Source of the DNA: Octopus sinensis
Lineage: Eukaryota
DNA: 64,000 bases
Direction: 5' to 3'
NCBI RefSeq assembly: GCF_006345805.1
Contig: NC_043009.1
Coordinates: 11,160,001 to 11,224,000, forward strand
This document shows, piece after piece, positions 23,955-36,936 of the stretch. The first letter of the stretch is position 1. Each line of letters opens with the position of its first letter. Both the position numbers and the translations under genes were made by a program. A model generated the notes under the pieces. That model saw only the letters and a list, made by a program, of their open reading frames with translations. It was not told the origin of the DNA and ran no database searches.

Positions 23955-24420
23955 GAGAGGAGATGAGGGAGGAAGAGGGGGGTAGATAAGGGGGTGAGAG
24001 AGGGGAGGGTGGAGAAAGAAAGGGGAGAAGAGGGGAGAAGAAAGGGGAGAAGATGAGGGGGAGGGGGAGAAGGAAGGAGAGGAGAAGGGAGGGGAGAGAA
24101 GGGAGAGAGAAGAGGAGGAGAGGGGGGAGAGAAGGGGAGAGAAGGGGAGAAGGAAGGAGAGGAGAAGAGGAGGGGAGAGGAGGAGGGAGGATAGAGGGAG
24201 AGGGGGAGAGAGAGAGGGAGTGGGGGGGAGAGAGAGAAGGGAGGAGGGAAGAAGAGAAAGAGGGAGAGGGGAAGAGGGAAGAAGGAGAGAGGGAGAAAGA
24301 GGGAAGAAGGGAAGAGGAGTAGGGGTGAAAGGATGAAGGACTGAAGGGAAGTAGGGGTCGGGGGGAGGTTAGATGAGGAGGGGGGAGAGGGGGGGATTAG
24401 ATGAGGAGGGGGGAGAGCTG
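23955..24420 (+). repeat. Purine-rich (GGA/GGGA/GAA) low-complexity tract
   Basis: Almost only G and A over about 370 nt, followed by G-runs. Confidence 0.9.
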
Positions 24421-24639
24421 AGTATGAATGTACGTATGTATGTATGTATGTATGTATGTATGTATGTATATAAAATTAGAATGATACTGAAATGGGAAAT
24501 TGTCATGAATGTCTGTAGTTTACAACTATCGGTGCTATAAGATGCAACGTACTCATAGCTTCTAATATGTTTTGCTTCAAGCTCGGATGAAGCTATGGGA
24601 TCATACACAAATCATACACAAATATTGCATAAAATGTGA

Positions 24640-24815
24640 CCGCGATTTTTTTCCCCCGTCTTTCCTTCCTTGGATCTATCCTTTTTCTATGTTTCTGACG
24701 AAGAGCTCCACTCGAAACGTTAAATCTTCCTTCTTTCTTTCCTTTCCTGAGCGTCTAATAACACTATACTTGTTCCACGTCCTCGTGTTGTGTTTTCATG
24801 TCTGGATTAACTATA
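24640..24815 (+). mobile_element. PLE terminal-repeat-like element with hammerhead motif (family H1)
   Basis: Aligns to the reverse complement of 36932-37147; 3' end runs into (TA)n. Confidence 0.75.
24691..24725 (+). ncRNA. Minimal type-I hammerhead ribozyme motif
   Basis: GUUU-CUGACGA-A-GAG(CUCCA)CUC-GAA-ACGU-U-AAAU: canonical CUGANGA/GAAA core, self-complementary ACGU stem III, NUH triplet GUU. Confidence 0.65.
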
Positions 24816-25535
24816 TATATATATATGCATGCAAGCGTGTGCATGTGTGTACAATGTATATCTATCTATCTGTGTGTGCGTGTGACGATTATAAGTAGCA
24901 AAAATTGAGAGGAAGAAAATATTACTAGCGATGATTTGGCCTTTGTATGCTCGTTGCAATGGGTGATACAACTTCTTCGGAGTTTGTTATACGCAGATCA
25001 TGTATTATCCATTCCCTAAGTAGTTAACTTCATTCGTCAGTGACAGCTAAAAGACTAGTGGAAAAGGAGATAGAGAAAGAAGAAGAATACCTCTCTGTAT
25101 TGATAAGCAGAAAGGCTGAAAGTAAAATGCTGTCATTTTGACAGGCCATAAATTAATGGGGGAAGGCGGTGCACTTTGATTAGATGCCAAACAACCAAAG
25201 AGACAGAACCGATTTTGTGTTCGGCTATCTATATGTTTTCTAACTAAATTGGATACGGCTGAACAAAGTTGTATTGTTTGAACCCTATTTAATCGAAGAA
25301 TGGTCACTTAAACAATAGAATTTAACTCACTGCTACAGTTGACTCTCATTTCTAAGTGCTAAGGCTTAGAAGAAAAGGAATGATCTTTTAGAAAAAATGT
25401 AGACACGGTTTCCATCTCCTGACTTAAAATCGTTACGCACATTCGCATGCACGCACGCACACAGACACACACATACAGTAGATCACATATGCGTATATGT
25501 ATACATGTATATGACCACACAGATACATATATATG

Positions 25536-25696
25536 CGCAGGAGTGGCTGTGTGGCAAGTAGCTTGCTAACCAACCACATGGTTCCGGGTTCAGTCCCACT
25601 GCGTGGCATCTTGGGCGAGTGTCTTCTGCTATAGCCCCGGGCCGACCAATGCCTTGTGAGTGGATTTGGTAGACGGAAACTGAAAGAAGCCTGTCG

Positions 25697-25770
<74 letters not shown>

Positions 25771-25986
25771 TGTGTGTCTGTGTTTGTCTCCCTAGCATTG
25801 CTTGACAACCGATGCTGGTATTTTTACGTCCCCGTCAATTAGCGGTTCGGCAAAAGAGACCGATAGAATAAGTACTGGGCTTACAAAGAATAAGTCCCGG
25901 GGTCGATTTGCTCGACTAAAGGCGGTGCTCCAGCATGGCCGCAGTCAAATGACTGAAACAAGTAAAAGAGTAAAAGAGTAAAGAGT
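25536..25986 (+). mobile_element. SINE family A, near full length
   Basis: GCGCAGGAGTGGCTGTGTGG A-box-like, GGTTCAGTCCC B-box-like, CTTGGGCGAGT block, internal (TA)(TG)n, (GTAAAAGA)n tail. Confidence 0.95.
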
Positions 25987-26004
25987 ATAGTGGAATACAT
26001 GGTG

Positions 26005-26370
26005 GTGGTTGTTCACTCCTTAAGCAGAATTTGACCGCCTTCTGTATCTACACTTTAGCACAATCATGGCATCTGATGTAACTTTTTAAACCAGACAATG
26101 TTCTGAAAAGACCCCCACATAAATTGCATCTACGATTTGGATCACCAAGAGCTGCAGATAAGTTCTGCTGTTTGTGGATCTTAAACTGTCTCTTGAGGCC
26201 TTCGTTGGATTTGCAAACCTTCTGGTATACACTGCATTCAAAGGTGTGCGCCGACATATAGGCAGAATAGTTGTTGGAGGTTTGTTTTCCATGCGTTCGC
26301 AGATGGGTTTATGTGTATATACCACTCTATATTCATATAACATTGTGTTCTGGACCAACGTATATTGAGT
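26005..26370 (-). mobile_element. LINE (RTE-like) 3' end with decayed C-terminal C2H2-like zinc fingers and short (ACC)n tail
   Basis: ORF 26048-26257 FECSVYQKVCKSNEGLKRQFKIH...CNLCGGLFRTLSGLKSYIRCH*, a short UTR, then acaaccaccacc. Confidence 0.6.
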
Positions 26371-26689
26371 TCTACACCACGATATTAGTCTCGCTTGCTT
26401 AAGCGAAATATATACATATATTCTTTTACATGTTGAGACATTGGTCTGCACCCATGCTAGGGGATGAATTCAAGGGTTTTAGACGAGTAAATAAAAACTT
26501 GGTTAGTATTTTAAGTCTCGTTCTTATTCAGTTGGTCAATTTTGCTGAACCGCTAAGTTACAAGTATATAAGCAAAAAGATTGAAGACGTCGATTAATGT
26601 AGGGCAATATACAGAGGGACGTTCGCACATACAAGCAAACACTCATGCACAGTCACACACACACACACACACTAAAAACACACATACAC

Positions 26690-26729
<40 letters not shown>

Positions 26730-26988
26730 CACATGGCTGATTACAGCACTGTTTTGTCAAACATATCCACCGACAATACCTCGAGTTATAGTTGGAAAAC
26801 TTGTAGAAGCTATACGCACTGTTGAAACGAATTTGATAACACGTGGTTGCGAAGCGAACTTCATAGGCGTATAGTCATGCGTGTGCTTTTATACATACAT
26901 ACATGCATGCTTACATACAGGCAGACAAATAGATAGATAGAGGGAATAGATAGCTACATATATATACATGCAAACACATATACACACA

Positions 26989-27031
<43 letters not shown>

Positions 27032-27304
27032 GTATCCTGTGTATATATGTATATATATTATACATAGATATATCTATATCTATCAGTATATACATCTATC
27101 TATCTACCTGAAAGTGTGTGTGTGAGTGCGTGTGTTTGTATGTGGTGTGTGTGGTGTGTGTGTGTGTGTCTGCGTGTGCGCGCGTACAGAATGCGAGAGA
27201 TATCCGATAACATACTGGCAATTTAATAAATCGAACCTTTTCTGGCAAGAACCAAGTTTCTTTTAAAATTTGTGAACATGATGTCGATAAGCTTTTTCAT
27301 AATA

Positions 27305-28237
27305 TTATTCCATGAATCCACCTTAAGGTACGATGACTGCATCAAGGCAAGACCGGAACCATTCACATGCCTGCAGTAAATAGCCATTCTTCATTTCAGA
27401 CAATGCCATTTAAACAATGCCAGCCTCCAGTGAAAATACGGTATTGTGCAATATCGATTAGACTCTCTTTCAACAACACTCCAAACATGGCAATTCATGG
27501 GGCTACATGTTTTGACGTTACATGATGGAACGCTTGTTTAACACACAGTCTGCAGTTATCTAGGATTTGAGAGGCGTTGAAACTTGTTTAAAATCGTACT
27601 CCATTAACGACTATCCAGGATCTCAAATTGTCTAGCAGTATCAATGTTAAAACCCTGTGGAAAAATGTGCGGTGACATGATGGGTTTTCCATTACTAACC
27701 CCTCCGAAAACCATTATAGTTACTGGAAACTTAACGTGCATCATTTTGAGACATCAGAAGGATCTGCATATAACCATATGCTATTTATTCCAATAGACTC
27801 TTCGTGTTATTTGAAGTTTTTCTTATCGGAGAAGAACCAAAGAACGTCATGCTTGTAAGTTGGTTTGATCTTGTTATACTGCTCATCATGGATCATACAG
27901 TTTTGCTGTGTCTTTGCAGGCATGAATTGGTCACACCACAATACGTATGACTTGTATCGCATACCATCGTGCACCACTCCTACGTCTAAAATGTTTGGCG
28001 AAGGCCATCTATGATTCTCCGGTGCATTTTCGGTTCGGTAATGTTTTGAAAACGTTGGATAATCTCGGTGTCGATAATAGAGTTTTGACTGTTTTTTTTT
28101 TGTCTGTTGTTTTGTTGTAGTTGAAGCATTTCCATCAGAGCCTTCCAATTCCATCTGAAATTAGTGTTTAGAAAACTGGCGATTTCTAAATAGTTACGTT
28201 TTGTATATATCGTCACAATGAGGCCATGACATTTCAT
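27305..28237 (-). pseudogene. Tc1/mariner superfamily transposase pseudogene, maT (DD37D)-like
   Basis: ATG at 28237. The C-terminus reads ...CHVWSVVERESNRYRT...SLEAGIV...LLQACEWFRSCLDAVIVP*GGFME*, matching the maT-type 'YVWGxVERExN...ACxxFRSRIEAVIxxxGGFIE'; many stops. Confidence 0.75.
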
Positions 28238-28444
28238 TTCTAGAGTTAGAATTATCTCTCTAACATGGGGTCTGAAACAAAACTAAAACGAGCTCTCAAT
28301 TAGTTTGAAGACAGCAAAAAACTAATACTTAATTAACCTCAAATCACAAATACCCCTTCGCCCCTCCCCCACCTGTATACACCCGCCATGTATATATATA
28401 TATAATCAGGACGTCGACGGGATATAAGGCGAAGTATACATATT

Positions 28445-28872
28445 GGTTGTACAGGGCAAGCAATTTTAAGGGAGGAGTAAGTCGGTTACATCAACCCCAG
28501 TATTCAACTGGTACATATTTTATCAAGACAGCGAGCTGGCAGAATCGTTAGCACGCCGGGCGAAATGCGTAACCATGTTTCGTCTGCCGTTACGTTCTGA
28601 GTTCAAATTCCGCCGAGGTCGACTTTGCCTTTCATCCTTTTGGGGTCGATAAATTAAGTACCAGTTACGCACTGGGGTCGATGTAATCAACTTAATCCGT
28701 TTGTCTGTCCTTGTTTGTTCCCTCTGTGCTTAGACCCTTGTGGGTAGCAAAGAAATAGGTACATATTTTATCGACCCCGGGTGGGATGAAAGAGGAATTC
28801 GACCCCTGCGGAATTTGAACTCAGCTAAGCATTTTCCTCGACATGCTAACAATTCGGCTAGCTCGCCGTCTT
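28445..28872 (-). mobile_element. Older SINE family B copy interrupted by a younger one
   Basis: 3' part at about 28445-28524 and 5' part at 28758-28872, both on the minus strand. Confidence 0.8.
28525..28757 (+). mobile_element. SINE family B nested in opposite orientation, 15-bp TSD
   Basis: ggtacatattttatc at 28510-28524 and 28758-28772. Confidence 0.9.
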
Positions 28873-29214
28873 AGTCGAGGTATAAATATTAAAGTAGATA
28901 TAAGTATATGTTTTTAAGAAAAAATAAACTAAAAAAAAATTGAACATTGTAAATAAAAATGAATAAACTAAAGATCCATACATGTAAAAAAAATCCGATT
29001 TTTTGCAGTCATTTTGTTTACGAAATATTTACACTGTATTGGTTATAGCTTTGTCTACATGGATTTTCATTGTCAGAAACGATATATTTCATATCTCACG
29101 ATGCTTCTAAATTCTTAAACATACCAATATACAGATATTGATATAAAGCCAGCATGTGCGCGTGTGAATACATAGATATATCCATATATAGAAATATAGT
29201 CATCTCAAATAGAC

Positions 29215-29318
29215 GAAAAGTAAAAATTAGCAATAACAAACAACAAGAGAACGTACAGAAGGAACGTATCAGTTTGACGCTCAGTAAAAGAAGAGAGTTT
29301 TTGACGTTTCGAACATAT
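29215..29318 (-). mobile_element. Truncated H1-like terminal repeat retaining only the 3' half of the hammerhead motif
   Basis: Minus strand TTC-GAAACGTC-AAAAACTC...CTGAGCGTC, cut by (TA)n within stem II. Confidence 0.5.
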
Positions 29319-29340
29319 GTATATATATATACATATATAT

Positions 29341-29742
29341 ACTAGTAGCTAAGCCCGGTTTCACCCGGTCTGTTTGGATGATGTGGCTGTGATCGTTTGT
29401 GGTTTGGCATAATCTATAACAGTTTTTTTTAACCTTATCATTTCGGGTCCCCTGTTTTGATCGGAGCATCCAGCTGTATGAAAATTTCTTGGCTCCCCCC
29501 ACCCCTGTCAGAAAACAGCTTCAGGGATTGTGAAGAACGAATTTGTACGTAGTCTGGGGGAATTCCATTAGATGGTTTTAATCGATTTTCTCGGTAACTA
29601 TGGGGGTGGAAAACAAATACAAACAGCATTCCAATCTATGCACCCGTCTCCACATGTGTGCCATTTTTCACGCGAATCTATCCAGCCGTTTGGCTGTGAA
29701 CCTTAAGGCAAGAAAGAATACAAGGATCTCCCAGGTCCAATT

Positions 29743-29745
<3 letters not shown>
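29341..29745 (-). mobile_element. Helitron-like non-autonomous element
   Basis: Minus-strand 3' end CTAG followed by T (29341-45), preceded by a GC-rich CCGG...CCGG subterminal palindrome; the 5' region resembles Lep1-type helitrons (CCAGCCGTTT...ATTTATATT), recalled from memory. Confidence 0.5.
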
Positions 29746-29786
<41 letters not shown>

Positions 29787-30132
29787 ATCAGACACACATA
29801 CACACACACCACACACACATATATATCTATAACCGGCAATCAACAGACACATTTGCCCACTCTCAGGTAAAATCAAAATTACCAATGTTCCCATTCTGAC
29901 TTTATGGCAAAGTTCATACCTAGATTTAAATTATATTCACACATCCATCGCAAACAGATGCAGCTTCTTTCAATTTTAATGTAGTTTTCTCTCCCTCTCC
30001 CTCTTCCCCCCTCTCTCTCTCTGTCTAAATCCTCCTCTTCAAACATACATCGAAATCTATTGGATTGTAGCATCATAAACATACATATATATATCTGTAT
30101 GTTCATATGTGCATAGTATGTATACGTCTGTA

Positions 30133-30215
<83 letters not shown>

Positions 30216-30442
30216 GTGTGTGTGTGTATGTATATATATATAAATATTCATATTACCTATTATATTCTTTTATATTATATATAATATAATATATATATAT
30301 ATTGATATATATATATATATATTATATATATATATACATACATACATACATACATACACACACGCATGCACAACACACATATATGTACATATGCTTATGC
30401 ACTTTTATGTTCTATGCATTTGTATTTAAAAGCGTTTCATTC

Positions 30443-30487
<45 letters not shown>

Positions 30488-30817
30488 TACGTAGAGCAGC
30501 ATATATCAATTCCACCATGGAAATCATAAATGTTTAAAGGAAGTTAACAGTTTTTGTGTGTTTATGACTAGCTAATAGGTGTCTTCCTCTTTGTAATTGC
30601 TTTAGTTTCAATATATGGTCTCAGATCAAATCACTCGCCAGACAAGTATCATTCCGAAACATTTCTACATACATATTTCAATATGAATACTTCGAATGAT
30701 TTTCACGTCGACTTAACGCCTACGTTATATTTCATTTCATAACAGATCTGGACTTAAATCTGTTGCGTTTCCTCTTGAACATTGCACGAATTAACGACCG
30801 TCTCTTGCTTTCTATCA

Positions 30818-30818
<1 letters not shown>

Positions 30819-30895
<77 letters not shown>

Positions 30896-30962
30896 ACTAC
30901 TACTACTACTACTACTACCATTACTGCAGCTGCTGCTGCTACTACTACTACTACTACTATTG

Positions 30963-31002
<40 letters not shown>

Positions 31003-31087
31003 CATCACTGCAGCTGCTGCTACTACTACTACTACGACTACTGCTGCGCTACTACTACTGCTACTACTACTACTACTACTACTACTG
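30819..31087. repeat. Compound (CTA)n/(CTG)n microsatellite with duplicated interruptions
   Basis: The ACCAT(T/C)ACTGCAGCTGCTGC block occurs twice. Confidence 0.95.
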
Positions 31088-31158
31088 TGAGAAGATGGTT
31101 AAGTCATAGTTAGTTTAGATGTGATATATATAAAATATGTAATATATATATATATATA

Positions 31159-31196
<38 letters not shown>

Positions 31197-31653
31197 TATA
31201 CAGGTAGTGGATGCCAGCAGCTGGTACAAATAACATGAAATAAGTAAACAACACGAGAGAAATAAAAAAGAAAATGGGACAAGTAAACACAGAGAAAGGA
31301 CCCTTCATCAGTTGTCGGCTGTCTCTCAACTCCTCATTTCGTAACCCCAACATGGTACATTATATGCTTTTAATATATTGCGCTTCTAATTTCTAGGTCA
31401 TTGCTTCTTTCCTATTTCTTCTTCCCTTTGTTTCTATTGGATGCTCTTGTTTTTTACTCTGGTGAATGTCCTATGAAAATGAAGAATTTTATTTTCGCTA
31501 TTATTTATAGACAGCATTTGGCAACGGATACCGAAACGGCCGTAAGATTTGTTACGTCACCTATCTGTTATGCCATGCTTTGTATTAAAAATTAAGCTAT
31601 AGATTTGGTCCAATTGATGTGTTTGTTAATCTGAGGTTTTCTCCATTTTCTGA

Positions 31654-31726
<73 letters not shown>

Positions 31727-31817
31727 TATGTATATGTATTATATGCATATATATATATATATGTTTATATATGTATATATATATAATGTATATAATGTAT
31801 ATATGTATATATATATA

Positions 31818-31880
<63 letters not shown>

Positions 31881-31947
31881 ATATATATAAGTACGTTTAA
31901 ATATTTGTTGTGCAAGATTTTTATGTGAAGTCGTGTGTTGAACAGAT

Positions 31948-32321
31948 ATTGTTATATTTCGGAATGGTCATATTGCCAGTTTAGCCAATAAAAACACACG
32001 CACTATATATTTGGTGTTATTTTGCTTCAGTGATATTTATTTTTTACATTAATCTTAATCTATTTCGGCCAAAGTTCTTTCGTCACACTCCTGTGACCGC
32101 ATCAGTGGTCCTTTGTTTTCTTCTCACTTACGAGAGACACAAGTAAGTGAGAAGAAACAAAGGACCACTGATGCGGTCACAGGAGTGTGACGAAAGAACT
32201 TTGGCCGAAATAAGATTAAGATTAATGTAAAAATAAATATCACTGAAGCAAAATAACACCAAATATATAGTGCGTGTGTTTTTATTGGCTAAACTGGCAT
32301 ATGACCATTCCGAAATATAAC

Positions 32322-32324
<3 letters not shown>
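31948..32324. mobile_element. Young head-to-head inverted pair (184/182-bp arms, 11-nt spacer) of a PLE terminal-repeat-like unit (family H3)
   Basis: 31948-32131 vs 32143-32324 differ only by four 1-nt indels; bounded by (TA)n tracts. Confidence 0.9.
32162..32206 (+). ncRNA. Hammerhead-like motif (mirror copy at 32067-32111, minus strand)
   Basis: GGACCA-CUGAUGC-G-GUCAC(AGGAGU)GUGAC-GAA-AG(AA)CU-U-UGGCC; all three helices can form; core position A9 is C. Confidence 0.5.
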
Positions 32325-32376
<52 letters not shown>

Positions 32377-32444
32377 TCTATATATATGTATGACTATAGA
32401 TATATGAGTATATATATCAATATATGAATGAATGAATAAATATA

Positions 32445-32485
<41 letters not shown>

Positions 32486-33404
32486 CATGTCTCTATGCAT
32501 ATACATGTGTGTAGGTGTGTGTATGTCTATGTGTATGTGTGTATATTACTAAATTATCTCCGGACAGAAGATCGGAGAAAATAGTTTAATTTATGGATTT
32601 GTAGCCATTTAAGAGCACGTTATGTATATCATGTTTTGTGTAGCCAGTTGCTACACTTAACACATGAGACCAAGTTTATATACGTATTAATGTGGTATAG
32701 ATTACGTAACAGAAATTATAAAAAGCAACTGATATTACATGAAGGAGGTCTGTACAAATGAGGCAGAACACTTTTGGAAATATTGTTAGGGTAAAAAGAG
32801 AGAACTGTAGCTATAGATAAGTGTAACTAGCACGCACATACCATACACATACACTTACGCACACACACACACAAGCACACACAAACACATACACACGCAC
32901 ACACATATGCACGCACGCACAGACACACGTATATGTAACTGTATATACATATATATGTTTATACATATAGGTATACATACATATGTATGTTTATACCTAT
33001 AGTTGTATATAGACTATATATAAAACACACACACACACACACATATATATATACATACACAGACATATATATGCATATATACATACACACACACACATAT
33101 ATATACATACATACATACATATATAAATATATATATTGTATATTATATTAATTATCTTTATGTTTTGGTTTATGTTTTTCATTGTTTGATTTGCCTAATA
33201 CTGGTTTTATCTCTAATTTAATTTATATATATATACACACAGATAGATACACACACCTGTAGATACCCATCTAAACACATAGTTATGTGTTTGCATGTGT
33301 GTCTTAATCCACAGCTATATGCATAAAGTAGACAGAGACTTAGAGAGTAAGAGAGAGAGAAAGAGAGAGACAGAGGGATCTTGATCATTTATATATAAAT
33401 AGTA

Positions 33405-33560
33405 TAGGCACTCGCATGCGTGTGTGGTAAGAAGCTTGCTTTCAACCACAAGGTTCCGGTTTCAGTCCAACGCTGTGGCGCATTGGTCAAGTGTCTTCTA
33501 CTATAACCATGTCGCCGACTAAAACCATTGTGAGTGGATTAGGTTGACCGAAACCCGTCG

Positions 33561-33595
<35 letters not shown>

Positions 33596-33805
33596 TTATT
33601 TATTTATATTTCTGTGTCTGTGTTTATCCCCACACCATCGCTTGGCAACCGACGCTGGTTTGTTTACGTTCCCGTAACCAGAAGTTCGGAAAAAGAAACC
33701 AATAAAATAAGAATTAGGCTTACAAAGGAAAAGTTGATTTGTCCAACTAAACGCGCTGTTCCAGCATGGCCGCAGTCACATGACTGAAACAAGTAAAAGA
33801 TAAAG
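33405..33805 (+). mobile_element. SINE family A, diverged
   Basis: Head and tail (gaaacaagtaaaagataaag) recognisable. Confidence 0.85.
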
Positions 33806-34232
33806 AATTAGAATATGATATAATTGTTTCTCGATTTCGTAACATAAGTTCTTAGTACATGTGTGTAACTACATTCATATACATACATAATACACACACA
33901 CATAAGCGCATACTACACTAACTCACACACAAACAACAACAAAAAAGCACACACCGACAGACTCCATCGCGCACACAAACACTCCGTTGCACTGACACAC
34001 ACATACACGTGTTCGGAGGTTGATCTATGATTTTTCTCTAATGAAAATGTCATCGATTTAAAGGGTAAAACTGCATAGACTGAGGTATGCACGTGCATTT
34101 CCACATACAGCGATGCATGAAGACAGGCTTAGAAAAATGCGTGAACTGCAGCAAACATAAATCCAGTAATATAAATTTATATACATACACGTCTGGATGT
34201 ACAGTACATAACAATGTCTATCTATCTATCTG

Positions 34233-34301
<69 letters not shown>

Positions 34302-34449
34302 GCTGTCTATCTATCTCTTCCCACGGATAAACCTCATCTGCTTCCCCCTTTACACTTTACATCATGACACTGTACCTATTTTATGTGTGTGTATGTTCTG
34401 TGTGTTTGTCTTTGTTTTATGCATGTATATGTATGCTTTACGTATGTGT

Positions 34450-34965
34450 GTGTCATAGAGGAGAGTTAGCGGAGCAGGAGTGAAAGAGGGGAGGGTCAAC
34501 GAAGAAAGACATTACAAAAAACAGAATGGATATGGAAAAAGCCCCAAACAACGATGTCTGTAGTGAAATCAGTTCTGTGCGTATCCATAGAAAAAAAAAA
34601 AGGAGACACGAAAAGAAAAAGACGACACAGTAAGGAAAAGAGAGAAAATTAGACAGAGAGGTGGGGGCAGACATGGAATGACAAAGCTGGGGTGGATGGA
34701 GAGAATGAGGAACAAAGGGTAGAGAGTAAATGTAAGAACGAAAGAAAGGAAGAAAGAGAGACGAAAATAAAGGGAAAAATAAAAGAGAGATACGGAGAAA
34801 GACAGAAAGAGGAATTTCAAAGATTGACGGAGAGAGATTGGATGGAAAACAGAAAATTACAATCAGCTGACTTTGAACGCTGGAAGAAGCGCAAAATACA
34901 GAGAGAGACATGGAAACGTATACATATATAAGTACGTACGTTATTTCATGTATGCATTTATCTCT

Positions 34966-35005
<40 letters not shown>

Positions 35006-35050
35006 CCTCGCTCTTCTTCCCTCTGTTCCTCTTTCTCTTCCTCTCTCTTT
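34450..35050. repeat. GA-rich then CT-rich low-complexity region
   Basis: Read directly. Confidence 0.7.
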
Positions 35051-35119
35051 ATTTGCATATATATACCATGCAAATATTGGAAACTACCAAATACTCTCTT
35101 TCTCTTCCCAATCTCGCCG

Positions 35120-35124
35120 TGTTG

Positions 35125-35170
<46 letters not shown>

Positions 35171-35278
35171 TATTGTTTATATATATGTACCTATATATAT
35201 GCACACATACATATATATATATGTATATACACACACACACACACATATATATATATAGATATATATATATATACACAT

Positions 35279-35359
<81 letters not shown>

Positions 35360-35516
35360 CAGAGAGACATATAGGTATATATATATATATATATTATATA
35401 TATATATATATATATAGATAGATAGATAGTTAGATAGATAGATAAATAGATACATGGATAGATATATGTATATGTATATATAAGTGTACACATCCATAGG
35501 CAGGTGAGTGTGTGTG

Positions 35517-35550
<34 letters not shown>

Positions 35551-36089
35551 ATGCGTGCATACACACTAAAACACACAGAGACACACATGTATATATGGGT
35601 AGATATAGGTATACTTAGACAGAGAGATTGAGAGAACTGAAAACTCTCAATGAGGAAGTAAGGAAGAGGCGTTAAACAAGAAATGGAGGGAAGAGGAAAG
35701 AAATTTCGAGAGTGGAATTATTGAAACACTGCGATCAGCTGTTAGTGCGAGATGAAAGAGTTATAGCATGTGAGAAATAGAAGAAGGTTTTAGTGGGAGA
35801 AATATGTTGTGAAGGGTATAGATATATGTGGAGAGAAAAGAAAAGGGGTTGAGAAAATGGGAGGTGTTGAGCGAGGGAAGTTGACACGCTGGAGAAGAAG
35901 AAAGTTGTATCTGAAAGACGAAGAAAGTAAACGAGGAACGATTGAGGAATGGAGATATATAATAGGGAGATAAAAACACAGGATTAGAAATTATATGAGA
36001 ATATTTATATATATATACACATTTATATATATATATATATATACGTATGTATATATATACACACACATATATATATATATATATATACG

Positions 36090-36138
<49 letters not shown>

Positions 36139-36154
36139 TATATATATATCTATA

Positions 36155-36185
<31 letters not shown>

Positions 36186-36201
36186 ATCTATATATAGATA
36201 T

Positions 36202-36245
<44 letters not shown>

Positions 36246-36402
36246 ATAATATATATATATATATAATATATACACACACACACCACATATATATATATGT
36301 ATATATATATAAGGTAAGAAAGTGGAAGTACCTTAAAATGTGCACAAACATACAGAGACGCACAAACAACTCAATCACATGTGTGTGTATTTGTGTGTGT
36401 GT

Positions 36403-36451
<49 letters not shown>

Positions 36452-36794
36452 ATATGCGTATTTATGTGTGTATATATGTAGTGTATGCATATATGTGTGA
36501 GTGTGTGACCTGTATGTATATATGTAGTATGCATATATGTGTGTATGCGATCTGTATGTATATATGTATAAATGCCTCCATCCATAGGCTTGTGTGCGCC
36601 CACGCACGCGTGTGCATGTGTGTAATTAGATAGATATAGATGTATACGTAGACAGAGAGATTGAGAGAGGGTGGGAGATGAGAAAAGAATACTGAGTACT
36701 CTCAATGAGGACAGGTAGTACACAGATACACATATATATTTACTCGTACAAGCATACAGATATACTCTTCGTATATCCCTGTATCACTTCCTCT

Positions 36795-36841
<47 letters not shown>

Positions 36842-36895
36842 TATGTGTGTGTATAAGTGTCTGTGTCTGTGTGTATACGCGCTTATACACACACG

Positions 36896-36930
<35 letters not shown>
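35120..36930. repeat. Large compound (TA)n/(TAGA)n/(TG)n microsatellite field
   Basis: Read directly; source of many spurious I/Y ORFs. Confidence 0.9.

Positions 36931-36931
<1 letters not shown>

Positions 36932-36936
<5 letters not shown>

Noticed and set aside
26048-26257. C2H2 zinc-finger host gene (octopus ZNF expansion)
   Set aside because: Two decayed fingers without TGEKP-type linkers, followed by a short UTR and repeat tail; fits a LINE C-terminus better.
31295-31345. Type-II hammerhead (GAAA upstream of CTGATGA on the minus strand)
   Set aside because: Stem II does not pair and position 17 would be G. Probably another terminal-repeat remnant, but not a supportable ribozyme.
32132-32142. 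Sequencing-adapter remnant as the palindrome spacer
   Set aside because: GAGAGACACAA does not match an adapter I recognise beyond a short GAGAGA; an artefact is still not excluded and is handled in the finding.
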